Shown: positions 37,765 through 51,416, numbered from the whole stretch's first letter. The stretch is 58,272 nt of DNA, filler included, from Dirinaria sp. TL-2023a (GCA_051941275.1; 5 parts of 5 records of this genome joined end to end with filler, not necessarily neighbours in it); one strand, 5' to 3'. Made by a program: numbers and translations. Notes: generated by a model not told the origin, from the letters alone.

Positions 37765-40700
37765 ATGGACGAGGTTTCTATCGAAGACCTACAAAGGGAA
37801 CTCGGTTGCCTCGAGCCAGGACTTCCCAAAGCTGGTGGGTCATTATTCGAGACACGGCGCTATCAGAGACTAATCAATCCCCAGAGCCGAGGCGAGGACA
37901 TGGAAACCTAGAATGGGGTTTCGATGACCCTCCTGGAACCACATCCCGCCTTGAGCCGCCGTCTAAAATAGGATCAGTATATTCTTTTGGAGAAGACGGG
38001 ACACTGGATTGGACTACTCCCGCTGGACAGCTTCTCTCTGTTGCGAGCTCTATTGACAAAGGATTGGTGGGTATTGAATACAAAAAGAGCGTGGAAGAGG
38101 GCCAAGATTACCATCAAAGAGCAAAAACGCTGGCTAGAGCAGTAAAAGCTCCCCAAGGCTCTGAGTACGGTATCGGACTTTCTCTGGATGTGGGAGTCAA
38201 TCCTTCAGAGGTGTTCTGGGTACACAATCGCTGGCCAAGGTACATTTACCAGCGTGATGGATTGGAAATTAGACTTCAATACTACGTCCAGTCTCAATCG
38301 GTGATTCAGCAGTACCAAATTCGCAACAATGGCCAAGAAGACATATCACTCCCTATCTGATTACTTCTGATGTTTGCTTTCGGAAACATCAGTGGCCTGC
38401 TGGGGCAGCACAGCCCGTCCCGTCTGCCAAATGTTCGGAGAGATTACTCGTTAATCAAAATTCAGAAGTTTTGATAAGGAATCCAGCATACGAAGCGCAA
38501 TCAAGAATGGCTTTCTTTCAAAATGGGGAGAGGCAATCGCTTTGGGTCGATGATGCCGATAATCTGTGGAATGTTCATGAAGAAGATGCAATTGACAGCC
38601 CCCATGGGAGGAAAATCGAGAGAGAAATGAAGAGAGCCAAAAAAAGGATTCGGGATCTTATAGAATCCAAGCAATTCTACTCTGAAATTGATGACTCTGA
38701 TTTTGCTCACTTGTACAAGAGGTACTATGACAGAAAATATCTGTCTCAAGCGAAAAAGCAGAGTGATTTCGCAACATATCGAAACCAAATCATCGTGCCC
38801 GGGATATCCACACAAGAACTTTCTACCGTCATTCAGATATCCACTTTCACTGGAAGCGAAGCATTTCTGAGGGACTCTGCGCCAAGTGGCAGCCCAAATA
38901 CCAGGCAATGGTTTAATTCTGATAAAGAAAATCCTGCAGCAACCAGTATTATGGACAGAAAGAACCGGCTAGCAGCAAGGGCTGGCAAAATCTACCTAAA
39001 TAAATCAGACTCGAGAAGCGAGTTCCTAATCTCCGAGGTTGTCAAAGACTATGTTGGAATTGGCGAAGCTTTTTTGAATACTGCGTGGATTGGTGAGGGA
39101 GAGATCGGCGAGGCAAGATATTATTTTGATATGGCTAACATGATTGCGCAAACTTTCAGCAAGAGAGACCAACGTACTTGGAACAACACTCGTTTCGAAT
39201 ACGCCAAATTTCTTGACGATAACGGCTGGCATCGCACGGCCCTAAGTATCGTGAAAGATCTTAATAGTGACCTTTTCAAGAGAGGGTCTAGAGAAGAAGA
39301 TATTACCGGTCTGTGGACAGTAGTCATAGATCGCTTAGCGTCGATATTTCTAAAGAATCGAAGTTTTATCGACGCAGAGGAGTTGTACCAAAAAGGTTTG
39401 AATCATTTCAGCGAAAACAGCACAGAACCGAACATCAGATCCACTCAGTTCTTGGAGAGGTTGGCCTTCGCCCAAGTATCCCAAGGACATCTCAGAGAAG
39501 CTTACGCAAACTACATGCGCTTGTTAGATCAGCAACCTTCCGCTCGTCAGTCTATTCGAAGAAATCTTGGCTTCATCGAACAACGACTTGAACGATTCTC
39601 AGAAGCTGAGCTACACGATGAGCACTCTCTTGAATGGTCAGGAGGCGGGGCGGATGATGTACTTGCACGAAGTGAGCTTTTCACATGCCTGGATAAACTC
39701 GATGCCGGCGGCGAAGAAAATGCTGACTTTTGGGCGTCAGGCGTCTGTTATGTGGATGTCAACTCTGCACTAGCTAGTTCGCCATCGTACAAAGTGCACT
39801 TCGGCACGGAGCCTTTTTCCTTCGCAATGGCAAGGCAATTGGAAACTCTGCTCTCGGTTTGCAATATTCCGCTTACAGATCGTCCAAGCTATTCTGTTAC
39901 TGCCCTCGTGAACGCTGATCCTCTAAATTGCTTGTATGTGGGTAGAGTTGCGTAGTAGGTCATACAAACTTCTCTATAAGCAGACATTCTGATCTAGAAA
40001 AGTTTCCAATTTAGATTCATGATACAATGCCAAAGGCACATTCGGTCAGTGCAAAAAGACGAAGATAAGAGACACCAGATTCAAGATCGCATTCACTCAG
40101 TCTGTGAAAGTCACCTAAATTGGGTGTTCCGTATTGGCGACATCCTGGATTCTACTAAGACATGGAGCCCTTACTACACGGTAGGCGTTAGGGAGACTGA
40201 AGGGGAGTTGAAAGCCTCACCAGTAAAATCATCCATGGCTTGCTCTGCGGAAGGTGCTTTTCAATTCTTGAAGTTGTGTCTTTATTTGAGTACGTGGGAA
40301 GAAGAGTGGCAATTTGTTCTGGAGCTACTCGATTCGACGTTGGACGGTTGGCTATCGTACCTGAAAAGGAATAAGCACATGGGAAATCTGTGGGTTGAAG
40401 ACGAAGATGTTGGATCCTTCAGTCCGTATGATTCTATATCGGAAGACGTTAGCTACGTCCACCGAACCTATCCTCACTATCGCTTATCGGATGCAATTTT
40501 GGTATGGCTAGCCCTGCTATATATCGAGAAGATGATTGGATTCATCGAAGGGAAATTCGACGCGGAAGCTCTGCAGAATGTAGAGTCCATAGAGTGGAAG
40601 GTGAAGAATGTCCGAGATTCTTTCGAGACGTATCAAGATACTCTGAGCCTACAAAAAGTTCGATCCAGTATAATCGAAACGTTCAGGATTCCCAAAGACG

Positions 40701-43667
40701 GACTGTTTTCCAGCACTTCTGCCTTGCCAGGCTCCCAGGGCCCAGAAGCACAATCACTCATCGGGGACCAGACGGCCAAAAAGCCAGACCAGCAAATCAT
40801 CGCATTTCAAAGAACCGTCAATCTATCTATACTTGAAATCGAACCAACCGATTTCCCCACTATTGAAGCATCGACCCTTGGCTTTTTTGAAGGGTCACAC
40901 GATCATGTTGAGTTCGCTTGGAACGAGTCCCTCCGAGTACAGAGAGAAAGAAATATCTCAAAATTTGAAGATCCTCGGCAAATAGCCTTGACGATGTTTG
41001 CCGCTAGATGTAATTGTGGTTTGGCATCTAGCGCGGGGACAATCGAACAAAGATCAATAGATATGCTACAGCGTGCGCTGTACGACTCCGGATCTTTTGC
41101 GCAGACACTCGTGGAAGATGCCATGGAACCAATAAGCTACTTGAAAGCGTTTACATATGAAACAATGTCTCTGCTGGCCGGAAGCTCATTCAAGGAATGC
41201 CGTGAAATCTTGTAAGTTTCAAAATTGTCATTAAGCAGAAGAATTTGTGCTTGACTCTTCGGCTTTGTTCAAGGATTTCTGCTAATGCTCCTTCAGTTTG
41301 TCCCATGGTCGACAAGAACCTGCTCAACCATCTCCCAATGCATTAGCTGTGACGATGAGATCGAGTTGTTCAACGCAGCGCGCCTTGAACCTGTCCTTAA
41401 GGATGAATCTAAAAAACGTTGATATAAAATTCTTGCCGGCTTGGATGTATTATTACCCAGACTTCATTCATAAGGAAGAATTGGAGATGAATGAAGAAGA
41501 CAATCGTGACCAGCTCAATTCAGTCAAGAGCCTCGTTCCTGCAATCATGGAGTGGAGAGATTTCGGAAAGCCCAGCACACTAGGAAACCGGGTGATTCCG
41601 TTTCAACCTTGTGTGGCAGATTCTGGTAAAAAACAGTCCAGCGACCAGGCATCGGCTGGACGCGTCATCAGTATAGATCGCTATAATGATCGAGGAGACT
41701 TTTTAGCGCGATTGTGTCAGGCTCGGTCGCCGGAGGACGCGAAGGAACGATTGGTTGAGCTGTCAGGCCAAGACAAGGAAAGCGTCCTGAATTGCTGGCT
41801 CACAGCTTCAGAAGAAGAGAAACCCTTTTTCCTAGAATATATGTGTCGCCATAAATCATCAAGGAGCTTCTTTGGTGAGCGCGCCGATTGGCGAGCAAAT
41901 GTGTGGGAAACAGAATTTCACCTGGGTTTTCACGAACTGCTTGGCGCTGGAGTTGATGGCGGAAAAACTACATTGGCTGAGACTGTCAGTGAGGGTCCTC
42001 AATATCAGTCGTCAGCTAGGCAAATGCGCAGCCAGCCGGTCTCTCGGGACCATCATGAAATTCTACCTGTTGCCATAAGCTTTCGTTTTATTGGCGACCT
42101 CCGTGATCAATTTTGGACTTGCTATTTCTTCTCTTCGACTCATGATGGATTCATCGGCTTTGTTGACGAACATTATCGATTGCGTTTCTACGACTCTGTT
42201 AACGGGGATTACAAATTCAGGACTATAGAACATAAAATATTTGCAGGATACTCAGGCCAACGAAAAGTCTTGGAACTTGCTTATGTTGAGAAAGCTCTGG
42301 CGGAAATGAGTCGGAGCGTAGACAAGATTTTGACTGCATTCGAGAAGGACCTTAAAGTGACGCAGTTACAGGGTCCAGCGAACGAGAGACTCGGTTTCAT
42401 CCATGACGCCTCAAGCCTCTACCTAGAGATTGAAGGAAAGCTCCGCGGTGTATCGCAACAGTTAGATAATTCACTCAGGACAATTGAACACTGGGAGAAA
42501 AGAGAAGAAGCCAGGGGAATTCGAAGCAGATGGTCTCCTAAGGATGAAGAGCGCCATGGTGAAAAGCTGAGAAACCTTACAAGGAAATGCAAAGTCATTC
42601 TTCAGCAGTTACGTGTGCAGCAAAGCAGCCTTCAAGAGCAAGTGAAAATCGCAGACCAACGACATATGAATTTGGTAAGCTATAAACAGCTTCAAGAGGC
42701 CCGTATGAGCAACCAGTCTGCAGCAGATGTTCGCTTGTTGACGTATGTCACTATTGCATTCTTGCCGCTATCCTTCTCTTCGAGCTTGTTCAGCATGGCG
42801 AATCCGCCTAGTTTTAGAACATTATACTTCATGGTTCCAACAGCCGCCGTTGCCTTAATAGCGACCATCTTAGTTCTTGCAAATCTGAAATTAATGGCTC
42901 GTCACTGGACCTCGTGGCTGGAAAAATTCAGTGCTGGGACCAGAGAGAAAATGAAAGCAAGTGACCAGTCGCTAGAATGGAAAGATATTTCGAGGCAGCT
43001 TGAAGAGACGATTCAGCGTCGACCATTAAAAATAGATCCCAACCAAGGCCTTCCAGCTGAGAGCTACTGGTGGTATGTCAAGTTCTGGATGTCGTACATA
43101 ATTCAAGGGATGAGAATCCATGTACGTAATGGTATGCGCGCATGGAAAGCTAATCATAAACTACTCATCAGCCGTCCTCACAAATTTATAGCAGCTTTAT
43201 TTTGGATAATGGTTTGTGTCATGATACTATTGGTCCATTTTGTGGTTTCGGTGATAGTTGACACCATTCACTTACTGTGGTTTCTGGCCTGTCAATTGGG
43301 GAGCAAGATGCTTAGCCCCCATTCAAATGATCAGCCTCCTAGGTCAGACGCACTTCCTGACGGAGACGATAATGTCGTAAAATCTGTCGTCAACTGGCTT
43401 GAAAGCCTCCCTCGACCAATTAGGGACTGTATCAGGAAAATGGAATCTGCACCAAAAGGACCATCGGAAAACATTGATCCCCTTGTAGAAGACACAGCAA
43501 CTCTGACTGGCGAAGCTACTGGCTCCCAACACAGTCAGCACAGGATCCCATCACTATCTGCAGCCATGAATTTCTTCCTCGTCGATCCTCGCACTCGATG
43601 GAGGACTCTTTCCGGTAGGAAGCATGATGAAAGGCATACTGTTGCAACCACCAATGAGCCTGTCTGA
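37765..43667 (+). CDS. Large (~1,900 aa) hypothetical protein with TPR-like repeats and a C-terminal CorA-like two-TM module; one apparent frameshift
   Basis: Introns 37835-37884, 39955-40002 and 41212-41296 link the ORFs in frame. A 1-nt deletion in CTCCCTAT (~38352) separates SLP from YLITSDVCFR. TPR-like helices (RLASIFLKNRSFIDAEELYQKGL, RLAFAQVSQGHLREAYANY). A coiled coil precedes VRLLTYVTIAFLPLSFSSSLFSM. Confidence 0.7.
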
Positions 43668-45203
43668 AACCTCTATAGCGCACAGAACGAGGCACGGCTA
43701 GAGGAGCCGGAATCCCTTCCCCCACAACCGCCTCATAGAACGAATTTCCTGAGCAGGTCAAGAGCGCTTAGATCTGGAACGGGCGAATCAGGGATGTCCG
43801 TTTGATTTGATGTGATGAATAAATTCTGGTCGGACCAACTTCTATATACTATATACCAAACCCCTATTTCATATCACCAGAGAAAACGACGATCAAAAGG
43901 TCAACTTGTTTGCTTTGTTGTCCTCTTGCTCCGTATATTCTATCAAATGACGGCTGCTTGTTCCGGCCCTCTAACTGATTCATTGAGCTCATCGCTCATA
44001 GTTGCATTTTTGGTGTTATTGATACAGATTTGACGATTTTTGTGATCGAAGATCGATCTTCACTGACCGGCTAGTCCGTCATCATGTGGTTGATACGTTT
44101 CGCTATGAGTCGTGGGTTCGGTTGGCAGACCCCTTTGATGAGCGTTCTGCCAGGGGATGCGATACACAAGACTCCCCCCTTACAAACGTATTAGGCTTTC
44201 TCATTCTTCTCTCTCTACCATTGTTTTCGCACCTTTGGGATGAAAACGGTCTGCCCTTCCAGCAATACCCCTTGTCGCTTGATGCTTTTGTCTCTAGCTT
44301 ATCCTCAGCTCCAAAGATGCTTGCACACATACACGGTCTTGTGTCACACCTATCCCCAGCTATACCAATGTATGAGTCAGGTAGAGAAACAAGTATTGGG
44401 TGCACGCGTGGGCCGCACCTCGGCTATCTTGTGCGGTTCTCCACCCTTTCGCTACCTCATTTGCCTTTCTCTCGGTCCTCTTGATCATCATATTACGAGC
44501 AATGAAAAGGGAATAAGCAGACCAGCAGCATATCCTGGGAAAGGAGGGAGGATCAGCCAGGGTGGGTATATGGGTGAGGCATGAGCTGGGTTTCTTTTGA
44601 TCGCATGGTCTCGCAGAGTGCTGATTTCAAGCACACAAGTAGTACATCATGGCAAAAACTGTGTCAACGAAATGACAATGCACTAGTCCACCCTTTAAAG
44701 CCCCACTGTTAGACAGGTAAATGGTAAGATTGCATCAATACCACAGTAAGAGAATCTACAAAGGGATCATGAGCAAGTAATTGAGATCAAGTAACGCACT
44801 AATGCAATGAAAACCCACCCAAGCCGCGCATGAGACAATTCATGAATAGTCAAAGAAAAAGTGATTTGGAGACGCAATGACAGAATAGGCGCGAATGGAA
44901 TAATGATCAAAGCACTTTTGGCAGAGGGATTGACAGAAGAAATGAAATAAATATCAGAAGGTTGGGTGGTTGTGAATCTTCAGCAGTTGTAGGAAGTGCC
45001 TGTACGAGTACGATACACACTGTTTGATAGCTTGGCAGTGAGAAATTCCTTGGCATACACTTTTGTTCGGTTGATGTGAAAGCGCAGTATCCTTCCAGGC
45101 TCCAGCTTACCACCACCTTTATACTTGCAAAAGGGGTTTAAGGTCGTTTCATGCCAATGCGGTTATTCAATCTCAAAGCAGCCGGTTGAAGTACTCTCGC
45201 AAC

Positions 45204-46621
45204 ATGGTGGAGCCTCCAATAGTCCTCGATGGAGGCACCGGCTTCCTCAAGGTCGGATACGCCGCCCAGAACTTTCCAGAGCACCAATACCCATCTATTG
45301 TAGGGCGACCTATCCTCCGCTCAGAGGAGCGCTCGGGCGACATCGTGGTCAAAGATATCATGTGTGGCGATGAAGCCGCAGCAGCACGGTCAATGCTTCA
45401 AATTACCTACCCGGTACAGCTCTTCCCCCACCAGCAGCTATAGTAGCTGGCAGACTGGCAGATTGGCAGAGATTGGCCGAGCTCACAACTATGGCAGATG
45501 GAGAACGGCATAATCAAACGCTGGGACGATATGGAACACCTGTGGAATTTCACCTTCGCCGAGAAAATGCAAATCGACACCTCGGGCCGCAAGATCCTCC
45601 TCACCGAGCCCCCCATGAACCCGCTGCGCAACCGGGAGCAAATGTGCGAGGTCATGTTCGAGAAATACAATTTCGGCGGCGTCTACGTGGCCATACAGGC
45701 AGTGCTGGCGCTGTACGCGCAGGGACTTAGCAGCGGCGTGGTCGTGGATTCCGGCGACGGCGTCACGCATATTGTGCCTGTCTACGAATCTACCGTCCTC
45801 AACCACCTAACGCGGCGCCTTGATGTCGCTGGCCGAGACGTGACGAGAAACCTGATCGCGCTGCTACTCCGTCGCGGGTACGCCCTGAACCGAACGGCCG
45901 ACTTCGAGACGGTACGCCAGATCAAGGAGAAGCTTTGCTACGTCTCCTATGACCTCGAACTCGATCAACGACTCAGCGAAGATACGACGGTGCTGGTGGA
46001 ATCCTACACCTTACCCGACGGGCGAGTCATCAGGGTCGGCAGCGAGCGATTTGAAGCTCCCGAATGCCTGTTCCAGCCTCATCTGGTCGATGTGGAACAG
46101 CCGGGAATTGCGGAGTTCTTGTTCAATACCATACAAGCGGCCGATGTGGATATCAGGAGCAGTCTCTACAAGGCAATCGTGCTGAGCGGAGGGAGTAGCA
46201 TGTATCCCGGTTTACCGTCACGGATGGAGAAGGAGATCAAACAGCTGTGGTTGACGAAGGTGTTGCAAGGGAATCCGGAGAGGTTAAATGTAAGCATTGC
46301 ATGATGACCATTTCTCCCCCTCCCTCTCCCTTAGAACCTGAAAGACTGAGCTAGTTTACTAAAAAAAAACAATAATCTGCGAGCAGAAATTCAAAGTCAG
46401 GATCGAGGATCCGCCACGGCGGCGGCATATGGTGTTCCTAGGCGGCGCTGTCCTGGCGAATATCGTGAGTATCATTATTCAAAACTGTCTTTAAATCTAC
46501 CGAGAACAGAGCAGCTAGCTGATATGACGGGTACAGATGGCCGATAAAGAGAACATGTGGATCACGAAGCAAGAATGGCAGGAGCAGGGAGCACGGGCTT
46601 TGGAGAAGCTCGGCCGTCGAT
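45204..46621 (+). CDS. ARP2: Actin-related protein 2 (Arp2/3 complex); stop codon cut by contig end
   Basis: [38 protein letters not shown] and [18 protein letters not shown]. Introns 45414-45497, 46290-46386 and 46465-46536. Confidence 0.97.
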
Positions 46622-46721
46622 NNNNNNNNNNNNNNNNNNNNNNNNNNNNNNNNNNNNNNNNNNNNTTAATTAATTAANNNNNNNNNNNNNNNNNNNNNNN
46701 NNNNNNNNNNNNNNNNNNNNN
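46622..46721. other. Artificial contig spacer
   Basis: N44-TTAATTAATTAA-N44. Confidence 0.98.
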
Positions 46722-48054
46722 GCTACTTCATCGTCAGTCTCCGCATCCTGTTTGCCGATGTGATATTTGTAGCCGCGCGTGCGCAAACGATTGAAAAATT
46801 GATCGTTCTTGAACTGAATAACAGCCCTCAGTCTGCGTCTTTTCAAGAAAGATTCTGCTGCGAAGAAACGATCGATGTTATCAGCAAAGTATTCTTCTTC
46901 GTAGTGCCCGTTGACTGCGGCTTTGCAAGTCTCATAGAAATCTAGACTGAGCTGAGTCAAAAATGCTTTACATTCCTACGGCGTAGCTCTTGAGGTACTC
47001 ATCGCCGCTAGAAGAAGCTGTGTCTCCGTGAAAGCTTCTTCGAGATCTTTCCGTAGTTTCGGGAGCTCCTGCTTCACGTGATCGAAGAGCAGCTGACTCA
47101 GACGATTCCTCAGAGACGTAATCCCCACGTATTCTTTGGACAGGGTGAAAAAATTCGATTTTCGGAAGTACATCGTCTCCGAGAAGTTGCGTTGTTCAAA
47201 CGAGTTCGAACCTTCTTCATAACTTCGGTTCTTCAATACATGCCAGTCTAGTTTGAAGAATATATCCTCGTTACGTGCTAGACCGAGAAAGGCTTGTTCG
47301 CTGCCAGAGCCGCGAGGCAATCGATCGGGCTTGATGATGATACCAAGCGTGCGATCTCCTTCGGGATCAACTTTTCTGACCTTCTTCAGGATGCCTTGAT
47401 TAGCATAGTCATTGGTCGCCGAGATCACAGCCAGGCAAATCGTACGAGGTTGAGAAATGTAATGATCGATGATCTCGGTGACTAGCTGGACGTCCTCTTC
47501 GGTCACTCCCTTGATCTCAGTCTGGACCAGACCCGGAAGATCGACCAGCGTCAGTTGAAGTCTAGAACGTTCTCCGATTTCGATACTCAGGACATCTTTG
47601 GCGAAGGCCCTAGACTTGAAAGCAGATGTGTTTTTGAGACCCATAAGAGCCGTTGCCTTGTCTATCAATGAAGGTAGCTCTTCAAAGTCCGAGATGGATT
47701 CTTTGAAATCTTCGATGGGAGCTCGTTCTTCGGCGGGCCTTTCATTGTCCGATATCACTTTGACCGTGATAACGTCGCTCGTCGCACGACGTAAGATGAT
47801 TTCTGTGACGAACCGCGTGTAAGATTATCATTCCTTGGAAATGAGATTTCCGTGAGGGCTTCGAGAACGGAGCTCTTGTCAGCTGATTGATCGCCGCAAA
47901 CGACGAGCTGAAGCAGGGACAGCGTGCTCTCAAGGCCACATTGACGGAGCTGATCGACAATGTTGAGTACGTTTCGTTGTTCGGCGCTTTGAAGGCCTTC
48001 AAGAGACGAGTTTATCTCCAACGATTGAGGCGAATTATCGGTCTCAGGTTTCAT
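46722..48054 (-). pseudogene. Dynamin/Mx-like GTPase pseudogene, 3' truncated by contig end
   Basis: P-loop GDQSADKSS (G>D), frameshift at ~47820 in the CTRF motif, DLPG, IKPD in place of TKPD, DWHV in place of GWHV, and an in-frame TAG at 46976-46978 with homology continuing past it. Confidence 0.9.
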
Positions 48055-50687
48055 GAAGCTGTCAACGTCGGAGAGGTCATCTAATTTGTCCGATATCAGT
48101 AAAGTACAACTGAGGCTAGCGTATACAGGGACGTGGGCACTTACCCGAAGACCTGGCCGAGAAATCTCGATGTGGTGAGTCGGACTCTGAGCACGATGAA
48201 GACATGTTGAATAACCCGGCTGTGTTGATTTGAAACAGTTGCAACAATTGACAATCCTCGGATGCCTACGAAATACTAAATTTCAAGCGTAAGGCACTGA
48301 GATAAGGCACCAGAGGGGCGGTGATATGTGAATAGGCTGTGCTATGAATCACGAATGTAAAAAATCTAATTGAGCAGTATGCATCCGTCTCTGAGCTATG
48401 CGGAAGCCGCTATTCTCTGGTTGGTGGATCTGTCACCGAGAGGTCCTGTCAGTCCACTTCGATCCATATCCGCCTCTTGACAAAAGCTAAATACGAATGA
48501 CTGCTAAGTGGCCCAAAATTTTCAACGGTATTCCCTGGTCGAGTCCAACGGCTAAGAACGCCGCCGGAAATGATGAAACGGATATGCACCGGCGAATTGT
48601 GCTCCACTGTTGTATTTTTGGGTCCTTCAGTGCAGCAGATGACTGGCTGAAATGCGAAGAACAGCAATCGAACCAATGGCTCTCCTATCAACGGCTCCCG
48701 CATAAGTGCCCAAGGTGAGATGCTGCATAGATGGAAGAAGCGATGTGCAGCTCTTTAATGCATAGCCATGTATAAAGCTCCGGCTCACGGAATCCTGCAC
48801 CCGCGGAATAATTGCGTGTAAACTTCAGTCATCATCTCCTCCGCTCTAGATTGTGTCTAGTGAGGCATTGGCTATTGGATAGAATTGGAATTTATTGCAC
48901 ACCATGCTCATGTAGGTCCTGCAAGCTGATGTGCAGAGCAATACGCTTATCATTTTAGCGCGGATCTCAGTCCTCGATCTAGAACAAAAAGTCATCAGAT
49001 TTGCAGTCATCCAATAGATGTTATGTGGTCGATTGTGAGGCTTTGTTTTTGGAAACAAAGGCTTGTGACGATAGACGTTATGCGCGAGTTGCTCATAGAC
49101 TGGTCTTGTAATGTTCTTTCGCCATAAAAGTTGGACGCTGAATTTCCGATATATTAATTATCTCGGCCGCGTCGCCCTTGCATTTCACTGACCTTCTTGC
49201 TCTCGGTTCTCCCGTATTGAAGATCTAAGGAGTGTGGATTTGGGCCACGACAACCAGACGCTCTGGTTCCCTGAAAGTTGCTGCATGTGTTATGGCTCAT
49301 ATACTGGCCTCGACAAGATCAGCGTTCTTCCAACACTACGATTTCCAATCTGGCCCTCATGCCACGCTCCACAAAAAATTTCGTCATTTAGGGAAACATG
49401 GTGGAGAGACATAAGGGGTCGAACAGTAGGGAAAGTCGCCTGGGGCTCAGCATGGCACTGATGATGACGAATTCTCCTCTATGCTATACACAGCCTTTAA
49501 AGCCTCGAGCTTGAAGGAGAACAACGAAGAGAAAAGGAAAAACTCAAAAGCGGCCGAATTTTGCCTCACATTACGGTAGCAATGCCGATATCACAGAGAA
49601 ATGGCAGATGCTTTGCCGGATCGACTCCGCAATCCGGTATCATCATCTATCATTCAACGCAAAAATGTGCAGTCACCCTGTCCTATTCCCAAGCCATTTG
49701 GAGACTAAAATGGTGTAAGGGAGGGAGGTAGGTAAGTAAAGGTACAACGGGTCCATTTCTACCGAGCCCTGTCAGAGCTTAAATCGGCTCGGGACGCTGT
49801 GCCTAGGATCATGTATGGCAAGCCCAGAACGTAGATCCCGAGATAGTGGGCCTGGAAGCGATAGCTTGAGCAGCCTGCGCAAATTATGATGCACAAAATT
49901 CACATATAGTCTAATGAAAAGCTCCTACGGCATCATGGGGTAACCACAAGCTACCGACGAACTGGCATGTCAGAAATTTCGCTCGAGCCGTTATTCGCCT
50001 TCTCAACACTGTCTTGATTGGGCGAGAAAGCACCCTAGTGCAGGAGACCGCGATGTGTCCACACATTATTGATCCATTTTTTGCTCTACCCAAGCTATCA
50101 ACTCAAACTGACTCCATTCTTTCAAGCTAATAACTGGGCTCGATAGAGAACTTAAAATGACGGCAAAAGGCTTAGAAGCCCTTGCCTTTTCTAAAACATT
50201 TGACTTGAATGCATCCTTCATCTTAAATTAAATGGCCATTGAGGTATGTATTGTTTTATCGGCTCTTGCTGAAGCTGCGTAAACTATGTTCCATTCAGTT
50301 ATTAACTACGCCATCAAATCTGTAGACAGAGATACACGGCATTCGGGAAAAGAGGAGTTTCCAATTATGACAACGTGCGTTAGTCCTGTGCGACATTGTC
50401 ACGACATCTGAAGATGCGCCTTCAGAGTAGAGATGATTGAGCTCTCAAATTCCGTTTCGTAAGCCTCAGCCCGTGTCATAGCGGCTACTTCATCATCTTC
50501 GATGTTCGAGATACAAAAAAACAAAACGAAAGAAAGATTATCAATACTATTGATCATCTAGACCTTACCGTCTTCAATTGCACATGTGAGTGTATAATGA
50601 TGAGTTACATACCCCCTTTGTTCAGTATTATGCTTGTAATTTCTTAACCTCCAAATTCAAAAGGGCAGGCCAACTGAGCACATTCTA

Positions 50688-51416
50688 GTGAAATCCGAGG
50701 TTACAGGCCTAGCAATGCAAGCAAAGAATTGTCAGAAGAAGTATTTCGTAACTCTTAGTATTACGAGACTCGAAACTACTTATACAATCATCATTCAGTT
50801 AAGATCGTCATCCAACTGCGCGTCAGCCAAAACAACAGAACGACAAGCAATCGTGACTACAGCTCAGACTCCAGTGTCTGTTGCCAGTCAGACCCCAAGT
50901 TCTAGTAATCATGAAAATAGCTCGGCTTCAACAATTGGAATCACTTTAGGATGCATCATTTTAGCTGTTCTACTTTTGCTTCTCATTTGCTGCATCTCAA
51001 GACAGCAAGAGAAGTGTCCACGGCGGCCAATAGCAGAAGCCCCGGGGCCTCAGGGACCGGCGGGATCGGAAGGCCCACAAGGAGCTCAGGGTCATCCTGA
51101 ACTTCAAGGGGCAGCTGGTCCATCCGGACCTGCTGGAATGCCAGGAGTACCTGAAACGCCAGGGGCAGCTGGTCCACCCGGACCTGCTGGAATACCAGGA
51201 GTACCTGGACCACCAGGGGCAGCTGGTGTCCCGGGGCCAGCTGGGATACCAGGAATACCTGGACACCAAGGACCACAAGGGATTCCTGGGACTGCACGCC
51301 TAGAAATACGTAATCTCCAAGGGCTCCAAGGCCCGCAGGGCGTGCAGGGCGTGCAGGGCGTGCAAGGCGTGCAAGGCGTGCAAGGAGTGCAAGGAGTTCA
51401 GGGACCACAGGAATGA
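50688..51416 (+). CDS. Single-pass membrane protein with Ser/Thr stalk and C-terminal collagen-like Gly-X-Y repeat; start uncertain, possibly degenerate
   Basis: TM segment [21 protein letters not shown] followed by ~40 Gly-X-Y triplets from 51045. Several Gly positions are changed to Glu. Confidence 0.65.
   Translation: MKSEVTGLAMQAKNCQKKYFVTLSITRLETTYTIIIQLRSSSNCASAKTTERQAIVTTAQTPVSVASQTPSSSNHENSSASTIGITLGCIILAVLLLLLICCISRQQEKCPRRPIAEAPGPQGPAGSEGPQGAQGHPELQGAAGPSGPAGMPGVPETPGAAGPPGPAGIPGVPGPPGAAGVPGPAGIPGIPGHQGPQGIPGTARLEIRNLQGLQGPQGVQGVQGVQGVQGVQGVQGVQGPQE
51108..51269 (+). repeat. Three 54-nt tandem repeats within the collagen region
   Basis: Copies start at 51108, 51162 and 51216 with GGGGCAGCTGGT. 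A (GVQ)n 9-nt array follows at ~51339-51401. Confidence 0.85.

Noticed and set aside
1099..48054. Two dynamin-like genes as a pair or as element ends
   Set aside because: They are on different contigs, are divergent in sequence and show different decay patterns.
48400..50560. Possible further gene remnants between the dynamin and collagen genes
   Set aside because: Short protein-like stretches and a GTATGT donor near 50244 are present, but no family could be recognised or continuous frame rebuilt.
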